Position numbers and translations under genes: made by a program. DNA of 64,000 nt, taken from NCBI GenBank assembly GCA_043228905.1, contig JBHGNT010000016.1, positions 11,470,001 to 11,534,000 of the forward strand, read 5' to 3'. The notes beneath the pieces were generated by a model that saw only the letters and a program-made list of their open reading frames with translations, ran no database searches and was not told the origin of the DNA. Positions 1-10,117 of this stretch are shown here, one piece after another (the stretch's first letter is position 1; the number at the start of each line of letters is the position of its first letter). Source of the stretch: Azolla caroliniana. Taxonomy: Eukaryota > Plantae > Polypodiophyta.

Positions 1-1104
1 GGTTACGATTTGATTTACTTGTCTTCTTGGCCTATGGGGACAATTGATTGCGATATGCCCTAGTCCACCGCAATAAAGACATAATCGATTTGCACGTCGT
101 CGTTGCTTTTCTTCTTCCGATAACGGGCCATGTTGACGCATGGTATCGATCTCCATCGGTGTCGGAGTATTTGCTTGAGGTATGTCTCGTGCAAACGGTT
201 TAGCCGCGACTGAGGCGTAAGCGGGCTCCGGCCTAGAGCATGGTATCTATAATTGACGTTCCGAACGTCGTTCGAAAAGGCGGTTGTCACATCGGACCGC
301 TCGACTGATTGCCTCCATAAGAGACTTTGGTTCTTCGAGGAATGTTAGAAGTAGATCTTTGACATTGTTTCGCAGGCCATAGCGAAACTGCTCCATTAGT
401 GCTTGATCATCCCAGGGGATATTTGAAGCTAGTAGACGGAAATCCGCCCCGTAGGCAGAGGAGGCTAGACGATCGCCTTGACGCAATCGTCGGATTTTGT
501 TGATCGTTGTCCAGATGTTGTTTGTATCTCCAAAGCAAGCTTTAAACTCACTAATAAAGTCTTCAAAGTTATTCAGTAAGGGTGATTGTTTTTCCAGAAG
601 CAGAGCAAACCATGCCAAGGCTAAGCCGCTAAGCAACGTGCCTATTAGGCCAACTCAGGATGCATCAGTGGGTTATCGAGAAGGATGCATTTGAATGACT
701 AAGTGTACCTGATTGAGGAATCCCCTAAATTGCGATTGCGTTCCATCAAATTTCACAGGAAGTCCAATCTTGGGCTCTTTATGAAATCCGTGGGGACTTG
801 ATCCTTGTTGTTGCAACGCTGCTTCAAGTTGTTGCACACATAACGCTAACTCCCCATGTTGTTGTTGCAACTCCCCATGTTGTTGCTACGTTTGCTGTTT
901 TTCTAGGGCGATTTGTTGAAGATGCCCTAACAAGCGTTGGTTTTCTTGTTCCAAGGCAACAAAATTTTCTTTTAGACATTGTAGCTCAGAGAAAATGGAT
1001 TGGTATTCTTGGGCGCTAACAAAAGCCATTGTATAGAAAAAGGATAAGAGGATGAAGGGAACCAAAAGAAAGACTAGAGAGGAAAATTGGTTCAAACTGT
1101 CAGG
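1..1104 (-). mobile_element. Gypsy A (Tcn1-like): degraded gag, PBS and only the last 7 nt of the 5' LTR; continues off the left edge
   Basis: ORF fragments 886-1107, 673-870 and 247-636 (KFDGTQSQFRGFLNQV, WFALLLEK, QFRYGLRNNVKDLLL) closely resemble gag of element B. PBS GTTTGAACCAATTTT (minus, 1083-1097) follows the LTR end CCTGACA (1098-1104). Confidence 0.85.
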
Positions 1105-1232
1105 CATTAACTACCATTAATTGTAGGTGATTAGGACCCAAAAGGATTTGTTTTTGATGCTCAAATGCAGGTTCCCTTGGACGAAGTTCCATATAAGAGC
1201 GTTGAGAAAGCGCATCTGCTTTGCCTTACTGC
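1105..1232 (-). pseudogene. Continuation of Gypsy C pol (RNase H-integrase linker), displaced by insertion of Gypsy B
   Basis: Joining 20434 to 1232 across the ACTGC TSD reads FDFLIIYRPGMQ*GKADALSQRSYMELRPREPAFEHQKQILLGPNHLQ, homologous to B's [28 protein letters not shown]. Confidence 0.85.
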
Positions 1233-1666
1233 TGTCAGGAACAGTACTAAGACAGAGAAGGAATTAGTACTAAAAGAAGTATTAGTACTAAGAGAGGTGA
1301 AGAACTCTCGAGAGAAGGAAAGAGTGAGTGAGAGGGAGGGAGAGAGAGATCAAGAGAGAGAGAGAGAGAGTGATGATAAGAAAAGATATATATTATGTGA
1401 AGAAAATGTACAGTAGCTAGGAGGCTTAAGACTGGCGTTGAACCGATTTGGTTCGAAATTTTGCCTTGTGCCTCCTTTTATAGTGTTCTAAGGAATACTC
1501 CTGAAGTTTCTAGAATGTTCCAGAGAAATCTGGAATATACATCAATTTTCTATGATAAAACATAAATGAAAATAATATTTTATGTATTACAATGTATAGT
1601 CTAATGGTCAAGAGCTCGACCCATGTAGTATAAGGTCATGGGTTCGAGTCTTGCCATATCATGACC
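1233..1666 (-). repeat. 3' LTR of Gypsy B
   Basis: Near-identical to 19023-20433 once the MITE is removed; plus strand TGTCAGGAAC...ATCATGACC. Confidence 0.93.
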
Positions 1667-3436
1667 CTATCCCCCTTTTAAAACGACGAGTGTAACGAGT
1701 CGTTTTGGATTGAGGACCCAGTTTGTTTGGATATTGACGATGGAAGTCTTCAAGAAGAGCACGAGCATTGGTGACATTCTCTATCGGTTCCCAAGTACGC
1801 TCGCTGGGACTATATCCTAGCCAGTCGACTAGATAGTAGAGCTTGTGGCGAACAAGCTTGGAATCAAGGATGGCGGCAACCTCGTACTCAGGTCCATCTT
1901 CAAGCTCGATCGGGGGTGGAGGCTGTGTAATACGTCCTGGGATGGTGCTTTCTTGATAGGGTTCGAGGAGAGAACTATGAAACACCGGATGTATCCGAAG
2001 TTGTGGAGGTAGATCAAGACAAAAAGCGACATCATTAATCTTTCCGATAATACGGAAAGGACCTAATCGCCGATAATCCAACTTCTCGCATGGGCCTTGA
2101 TGTGTCGTCGGAGTAGCCATACCCGATCTCCAATGTTAAAACTAGATGGGAGTCGATGACGATCCGCATAAACCTTGTGTGTTTGTTGAGCTTGTTGGAG
2201 ATGAGTAGATAAATCCGCTTGTATCTTGCGTAACCTCTCCAAACGATCCTCTGCGTAAGGATTTGTGGACACCTCTAGGGTTTCAAGTACACACCACCGG
2301 GGGTGACATCCCGTATAAGCATAAAATGGCGTAACTTTCGTGGATGCGTGGATAGAGTTGTTATAGGCAAATTCGGCGAAGTGGAGAATATCTGCCCAGT
2401 CATCCTGATGATAGCTGAGAAAGCACCGCAGATACTGCTCCAGCGTTTGATTGGTTCGTTTGGCTTGGCCGTCGGTTTGTGGGTGGTAGCCGGAGGAGAG
2501 GTTACAAGTGACCTTGAGCATGTTAAAAAGGTGCTTCCAGAATTTTGACACGAACTAGGGTCCACGGTCGCTGATGATACTATCGGGAAGTCCATGATGC
2601 CGACATACTTCACGCATGACAATTTCGGCAGTGTCTTCACTGGAGATCTCCTTAGTACACGGCAAGAAATGAGCCATCTTCGTATATCGATCGACCACCG
2701 TTAGAATCGCATTGAACCCCTTAGAGACTGGAAGATCTGTGATGAAGTCTAGAGCAATGGATTGCCACGGCTTGCTTGGAATTGGTAATGGTTCTAATAA
2801 ACCATATGGATGATGCCTTGGCATTTTCGCTCTGCAGCATGTATCACAAGTCCGAACAAAATCCTTGACAAATTGTCGCATACAGGGCCACCAGAATGAT
2901 TGTTGTACTAAATGTAGTGTTTTAGTACTACCAAAATGCCCAGTTGTATATGTGTCATGACAGTTTTGTACTACTTGAAGGCGACAAGAACCATTAGGAA
3001 CATACAAAAGTTCTTTAAAGAAGAGTAATCCATCATGGTATTTGAATTGCCGATAGTCCGTACCTGGTGGTTGCGACTGTGAACACGACGCTCGAGAGGG
3101 ATCAATTTGTGCTAGTATAGCTTGGGCGAACGCATCTGTCTTCAAGTCTTCGCGTATGGTATCGATAACGCGGGAATCCATGGGCATGTCAAAGATCTTT
3201 GTTGCTTGCAGTCGTGTCGGTCCCAAGATGACTTGTTTTTGGTTATCGAAAGTTGGCTCGCCGGGATGGGGTGCTAGGTACGAAAGCCGTGATAATGCAT
3301 CGCCTTCCCTTGGTGCTTCCCCGGACGATATGTAATTTTGAAGTCGAAACGCGTGAGGAAGTGGGCCCACCGAGCTTGACGTCGATTCAACACACAAGCA
3401 TCCTGAAAGTAGGCAAGGTTCTTGTGGTCACTAAAT
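1659..3436 (-). pseudogene. Gypsy B pol 3' part: end of RNase H, integrase and chromodomain (stops and frameshifts)
   Basis: HHCC zinc motif (CHD..TGHFG...CDTC), core DFITDLP / SDRGP / QTDGQ, GPF motif, chromodomain EYEVAAILDSK...YYLVDWLGY...TWEP. Confidence 0.92.
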
Positions 3437-3440
3437 ACGG

Positions 3441-4084
3441 TGTCGTGAAGAAAACTGTCCACAAGCGGAATCGGTGCACCGGAGCGTAGGAACCGGCTCT
3501 TCATGCATGTGCGTCTTATGTAGTACATAAGAGAGAATTAGGTACATAGAAGATCCTAGGTAGGTAGATTCGGTAGGTAGGAAGTTAATGGGAAACGGCT
3601 CCTTTCTTGCCTATAAAAGGAGGGAGACGAGGAGGAGTGGGGGGATCGCGGTTAGAGAGGACGAAGTGTTGTCGGGTTGTGGGCCGAAGGCTTCTCTCTC
3701 TTCCATACTCCATAGCTTCTTTCTGTGTAGGGTTTCGGGAGGCTCGTGCTGCTCTGAGGAATGCCCGACTGCTTCCGGCAGCACCTCCAACCTACTCCTT
3801 TCTTTTTGAGCGTTTACGAACAGGCATCGGCATCTGTTCGCTAGCCTGTTCGGTTGTAACCGACTTCGTGCTTCTTGTTGTTTGTCCTTGTTAATATATA
3901 TATACATACATTCGTGTCTCTCTACGTCGTGTCCCACTCGCGTCTTTGTGTCGAAGGGCCGTGTCCCTGTGAATCTACGCCCACACGTAGTGGGTCCCTT
4001 CCCTTCTCCTTTGTCTCTTGCTCTTCGGTACAAGACCCCCGAGGCCCCGCCTCATTCCACGAATCCGCGAGGAATACCTCGACA
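3441..4084 (+). repeat. 5' LTR of Phygy-like Gypsy
   Basis: Direct repeat of 15353-15996 with about 18 substitutions (hand count). Confidence 0.95.
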
Positions 4085-4087
4085 TCT

Positions 4088-4105
4088 TGGTGAACCCGAC
4101 GTGAA
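4088..4105 (+). promoter_or_regulatory. Primer-binding site complementary to the tRNA-Trp 3' end
   Basis: TGGTGAACCCGACGTGAA, 3 nt after the LTR; reverse complement TTCACGTCGGGTTCACCA matches the plant tRNA-Trp 3' end as recalled. Confidence 0.8.
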
Positions 4106-4596
4106 AGAGGCAGCAGAAGAGCAGAAGATGAGGGGGTCGGATCTTGCAGAGGCCATGGCTTTGGCCGTGGATCGGATATTGAGCGCACGCGAGGGCACCG
4201 GCGCCCTCGACAGAGCCATTGAGGCGGTCGTCGGTACGATCGGCAGGTTCAGCGGAAAGGATGCCACGAAGTATTTGGCGTCCTACAGGGCAAAAATGCT
4301 GATGCGGGACATTCCAGAAGAGAGGCGTCTTGCTGGGTTCCCTCGAGTGGCGATGCCGGGCATCCATGCGGAGGTGCTCGAGGTATCGGCGGAGAGCCGT
4401 ACCTGGGAGGAGTTCGAAGGCCGACTCCTAGAAAAATACGGGCTGGACGACGCGCTCCGGCTTTCAAAACAGGACTTCATGGAATGGGTGGAGTCCCCCG
4501 GCAAGGGAAGAAACACGTCGGCACTCCTCCGAGAGTTTGAAGAACGCTTTGCGCGCCTTTCGGCGCTTGACCGAACCATTCTGGATACGAGCCGGG

Positions 4597-5005
4597 TGTT
4601 GGGATTTTCGGTCCCTCCGGATGGGATGTCCGGACATGAATGACGGCAAGCCCGGTTACGGTTACGGAACCGGATGAAGATACAGGCCCGGTGAGCGCAC
4701 TCTCCGGATATGAAGAGTACCCGGCTACAGAGCCGGATGACGGAGCCCCGGCTACGGAGCCGGATGATGAAGACCCCGGCTACGGAGCCGGATGACGAAG
4801 ACCCGGCTACGGAGCCGGATGATGAATGTACCCAGAGAGAGATCCGGATGCGGGGACATATTTATAAATATGTTTGCCAAGGGCCCTTGAGGCTATATGT
4901 GTAAATAGTCCGAAAGTCATATGTGTATAAATATGACTTAGGGCAAACAGTTTATGTTGTTGCTCATATTTTTCTGTTTTCACTTAGAGAGAGTGAAGAG
5001 AGCAG

Positions 5006-5036
<31 letters not shown>

Positions 5037-5300
5037 GAGGAGGTCGTTGCCTCTGTGTATTACCGCCGCTTGTGGCGAAGATAGTGAGCTCAAGGTTGTT
5101 GCCTTGAAGCTTCACCATTGTACATCTCTGTTCATAGTGATAGTTGGAGTTTGAGGACTCCCGTGGTTTTTTCCCATTTAGGGTTTTCCACGTAAAATAT
5201 CCTGTGTACTCTTCTCTCTACTGTCTTCGGGTACTTTGTATTTCCTATTTTCTGTGAGTTAATCCTATTTATTGGTTGTGGCCGAGCACCGTTTGCAACA
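4597..5300 (+). repeat. 5' LTR of Copia 1
   Basis: TGTTGGG...GCAACA; U3 has ~27-28-bp tandem units (GAAGACCCCGGCTACGGAGCCGGATGAT); also a GA microsatellite. Confidence 0.96.
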
Positions 5301-5331
5301 AAGTGGTATCAGAGCGACGGTAACACAGAAA

Positions 5332-8300
5332 ATGGAAGGCGGCGGCAGCGGGCAGCCGGGGATGATGGTGCTGAATGCGCAGAATTACGCCGACTGGAAG
5401 ATCAAGATGGAGGATCTTCTTATTGTTCGGGACCTGTACGAACCGATTGACAGGTCGGAAATACCGAAGGGGGTACTTGAGTCGGAATGGAGGCTTCTAA
5501 ACCGGAAAGCCGTTGCAACCATTCGGCAATACGTCGATGTAAGTGTTCTGCAACATGTGGCGAACGACACCAACGCATACGAGATGTGGCGGAAGCTGTC
5601 GGGCCTCTACGAGAGGAAGAATGCGTTGAACCGGACCTCCCTGATGAGGAAGATTGTGAACCTCAAGTACCGGGACGGCGAGAGTATGGTGGAACACGTA
5701 AGCACGTTTATGGGATTCGTGAACCAGCTTGCGGCGATCAAGTTCCCGCTGGAGGATGCAATGCAAGCCATCATTCTGATGTGTACATTGCCGGAAAGTT
5801 GGGAGAACTTGGTGGTGACTCTCAGCACCTCCTGCACCGAAGATAACTTGTCTTTACAAACGGTAAAGACAAGTATTTTGAACGAAGAAGCGCGTCGGAG
5901 AGATAAAGAACCGGCCTCCGACTCGAAGGCGCTGCTTACCGAATCGGAACGGGGAAGACAATGGAACCGGAGTCCGCAAAGACGGGAGAAGTCGGGGACC
6001 CGGTCGCAGTCAAGAGGAAGACCCACATGCTTCCACTGTGGGAAGCCGGGGCACTTCCGGAAGAATTGTCGGCATTACCGAAAAGACAACGGAGCCGACG
6101 ACACTGATTCGAAGAAGTCACCGGAGCGAAACGGTGCATACCGGGGAGCCACGGACCGGAGAGGTTCGGATCGGCGAGGGCAGGACCGGAAAGGAACGAC
6201 GGCACTCGCGGCAAGTGAAGAGGAGATCATGCTCATTACCGAAGAGAGGGAGCTGAACCTTGCCGGAGAAGAGATGACCTGGGTGGTCGATTCCGGAGCG
6301 TCGTTCCACCTGACCCCGGAGAAGAAATACTTCTCATCCTACACAGCCGGTGAGCATGGCTGTGTCCGGATGGGAAATGAAGGTACGTGCCGGATTGCCG
6401 GCATAGGAGACGTGTGGCTGATGACATCAACCGGATGCAAGATGCTGCTGAAGGATGTCCGGCACGTTCCGGAGGTTCGATTGAACCTGATTTCGGCCGG
6501 GAGGCTAGACGATGAAGGCTACACGGGTAGCATCCGGAACGGTGTCATGAAGTTCAGCAAAGGGAGCCTGATAGTGGCTCGGGCCCGGAAGGTCAACACA
6601 CTGTACCTTATGAATGCCCGGTTGTGTCCGGAAGAGTTGAACGTGGCAGCCGACACTGCCGGTGAGCTGTGGCACAAGAGACTGTGCCACATGAGTGAGA
6701 AGGGGATGAAGAGGCTTGCAGAAGACAACCTCATTCCAGTGAAGCATGTGCACCTGGAGAAGTGCACCGATTGCCTGGCCGGTAAGCAGAACCGAGCCTC
6801 CTTCCACTCAAGGCCACCGACGAGACGTAGTGCACCATTGGAGTTGGTGCACACTGATGTGTGTCAGGTAGAAACGAAGTCACATGGCGGAGCCCAGTAC
6901 TTCGTAACATTCATTGATGATCACAGCCGGAAGCTGTGGACGGCACCGTTGAAGACAAAGGACCAAGTATTGTCCGTCTTCAAAGAACTCCACGCGAGAG
7001 TGGAAAGGGAATCCGGCAAGAAGCTGAAAGCGATACGAGCGGATAACGGAGGGGAATACCGGGGGCAGTTCCAGGAGTAATGTCGCTCAAAGGGAATCCG
7101 GCTCGAGTTTACTGTGCCGAAGACGCCGGAACTAAACGGGCTGGCCGAGAGGATGAACCGGACCATAATTGAGAGGGTCCGGAGTATGCTGGCGCATGCG
7201 AAATTACCCAAGGGGTTTTGGGCTGAGGCAATGTCGACGGCGACATACGTGATAAACAGATCACCCTCAGTACCTTTGGACGGGGACACGCCGCAGAAAG
7301 TGTGGACCGGTAAGGAAGTGTCCTACCGGCACCTGAAGGTGTTCGGGTGTCTCGCATACGTGCATGTGGCAAAGGACCGGAGAGGAAAGCTAGATCCAAA
7401 GACCCGGCCATGCATATTCCTCGGTTACGGCGATGACGAGTTCGGCTACCGAGTATGGGACCCGGTCGACAGGAAGATATTCAAGAGTCGAGATATCATC
7501 TTCATGGAGGACAAGACACTCGCCGACTGGGAGTCGGAGAAGAAGATGAAGAGCTCCAAGTCGACCGGTGAGGATCAACTCTACGAGGAGCAGTCCCGAC
7601 CGGCAAGGGACCGGTTAACACTCGAAGATCCGGCCGAAGACGGTGAAGAAACAGAACCGGCCGAAGAAGATGAAAATGATACCGGAACCGGCCCCGATCC
7701 CGAAATGGATTCGGATGAAGAAGAATCAGAAGAACCGGTTACCGAAGCTCCGGAACGGAGATATCCTCTAAGAGAGAGAAGGGCCCCCCGGAGATTTCCG
7801 GAACCAGAGCACGTGCTGCTAACCGACGAGGGGGAGCCGGAGAGCTTTGAAGAAGCGAAGCATGACACCCATAGCCGCAGGTGGCTAAGTGCCATGCAGG
7901 AGGAGATGGATTCCCTGCATGAGAACCACACATATGAACTTGTGGAGTTGCCGAAAGGAAAACGGGCACTCCGTAACAAGTGGGTGTTCAAGCTGAAACC
8001 GGGAGATGCCGGAAACCCCCCGAGATACAAAGCCAGGATCGTGGTGAAGGGGTTCCAGCAGAAGAAGGGCGTCGACTTCGACGAGATATTTGCCCCGGTA
8101 GTGAAGATGACCTCCATCCGGACGGTGCTGAGCATAGCGGCAAGCATGGACCTCGAGGTAGAACAGATGGACGTGAAGACGGCATTCCTTCACGGTGACC
8201 TCGAAGAAGAGATCTACATGCAGCAACCGGAAGGATTCGAGAAGAAAGGGAAGGAGCACTTGGTATGCCGGTTGAAGAAGAGCCTTTACGGACTGAAGCA

Positions 8301-9405
8301 GGCTCCCCGGCAGTGGTACCGAAAGTTTGACTCCTTCATGACCGATGAAGGGTACCACAAAACGCAGTCCGACCACTGCGTGTTTGTGAAGAAGTTCGAC
8401 GGAGGAGACTCTCTAATACTTCTCCTGTACGTGGACGACATGTTGATCGTCGGACGGGACCAGGTCAAGATACGGATGCTGAAGAAGGCTCTTCACCGAA
8501 TCTTCTCAATGAAGGACCTGGGTCCGGCGAGGCAAATACTAGGGATGCACATCATCCGGGACCGGAAGAAGAAGCAGTTGTGGCTGTCACAGGAGAAGTA
8601 CGTGACAAAGGTGCTTCACCGGTTCAACATGTCGGAAGCAAGACCGGTCGGATCAACCCTCCCGGCAAACTGCAAGTTGTCCAGCAAGCAAAGCCCCAAG
8701 ACAAAGGCTGAGAAGGAGGACATGATGAAAGTACCATATGCCTCTGCCGTCGGAAGCTTGATGTACGCAATGGTGTGTACAAGACCGGACATAGGATATG
8801 CAGTCGGAGTGGTGAGCCGGTACATGAGCAATCCCAGCAAAGAGCACTGGAACGCGGTCAAATGGATACTCCGATACTTAAAGGGCACTTCGAACATGTG
8901 TCTCCGATTCGGCTCCGGTAAGCCCGAACTCGATGGATTTACCGATTCGGACATGTCGGCTGATGCGGATACCAGCCGGTCTACATCAGGGTATGTAATG
9001 ACATATGCAGGAGGAGTTGTTTCGTGGCAGTCGAGGCTGCAGAAGACGGTTGCGTTGTCAACCACAGAGGCGGAGTACACTGCGGCTGTTGAAGCCGGCA
9101 AGGAAATAATATGGATGAAGGACTTCATTAGAGAGCTCGGGATCCGGCAGGAGGAGTACCGACTCTACTGCGACAGTCAGAGTGCCATCCACCTTGCGAA
9201 GAATGCGGCCTATCATTCCCGGACGAAACACATCCAGCGTAGATACCACTGGATCCGGGAAAGGATAGAAGACAAGGAGTTCGTGCTGACGAAGATCCAC
9301 ACGGACGAGAACGGGTCGGATATGCTGACCAAGGTGCTCACACCCGACAAGCTGGAAGCATGCCGGAAGAGGATCGGACTGGAGAGACATCCCATGCCGA
9401 AGTGA
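5332..9405 (+). pseudogene. Copia 1 gag-pol polyprotein with a single premature stop
   Basis: Colinear with the intact 1360-aa ORF of Copia 2; TAA at 7078-7080 replaces Tyr in QF(Q/E)EYCRSKG. Motifs CFHCGKPGHFRKNC, WVVDSGAS, LVHTDVC, YVDDML, FTDSD. Confidence 0.95.
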
Positions 9406-9415
9406 AGGGGGAGTT

Positions 9416-10117
9416 TGTTGGGATTTTCGGTCCCTCCGGATGGGATGTCCGGACATGAATGACGGCAAGCCCGGTTACGGTTACGGAACCGGATGAAGAT
9501 ACAGGCCCGGTGAGCGCACTCTCCGGATATGAAGAGTACCCGGCTACAGAGCCGGATGACGGAACCCCGGCTACGGAGCCGGATGATGAAGACCCCGGCT
9601 ACGGAGCCGGATGACGAAGACCCGGCTACGGAGCCGGATGATGAATGTACCCAGAGAGAGATCCGGATGCGGGGACATATTTATAAATATGTTTGCCAAG
9701 GGCCCTTGAGGCTATATGTGTAAATAGTCCGAAAGTCATATGTGTATAAATATGACTTAGGGCAAACAGTTTATGTTGTTGCTCATATTTTTCTGTTTTC
9801 ACTTAGAGAGAGTGAAGAGAGCAGCCGAGAGAGAGAGAGAGAGAGAGAGAGACGAGGAGGTCGTTGCCTCTGTGTATTACCGCCGCTTGTGGCGAAGATA
9901 GTGAGCTCAAGGTTGTTGCCTTGAAGCTTCACCATTGTACATCTCTGTTCATAGTGATAGTTGGAGTTTGAGGACTCCCGTGGTTTTTTCCCATTTAGGG
10001 TTTTCCACGTAAAATATCCTGTGTACTCTTCTCTCTACTGTCTTCGGGTACTTTGTATTTCCTATTTTCTGTGAGTTAATCCTATTTATTGGTTGTGGCC
10101 GAGCACCGTTTGCAACA
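9416..10117 (+). repeat. 3' LTR of Copia 1
   Basis: Direct repeat of 4597-5300. Confidence 0.96.

Larger units (their letters stand above)
4597..10117 (+). mobile_element. Copia 1: Tnt1/Tork-like LTR retrotransposon, very recent, nested in Phygy-like gag
   Basis: LTRs 4597-5300 and 9416-10117 differ by one substitution and one GA unit; TSD CCGGG (4592-4596 / 10118-10122); tRNA-iMet PBS TGGTATCAGAGC at 5304-5315; PPT GAAGGGGGAG. Confidence 0.97.

Noticed and set aside
1590-1662. Functional tRNA gene
   Set aside because: A/B boxes are present, but I could not build convincing acceptor and anticodon stems and it lies inside LTRs; reported only as tRNA-like.
4710-4850. ~27-28-bp repeats resembling a CRISPR array
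   Set aside because: Head-to-tail U3 tandem repeats without unique spacers, duplicated in both LTRs; eukaryotic context and no cas genes.
7078-7083. Programmed stop-codon readthrough in Copia 1
   Set aside because: The TAA lies inside the integrase core and sibling Copia 2 has Tyr there, so it is a simple nonsense mutation.
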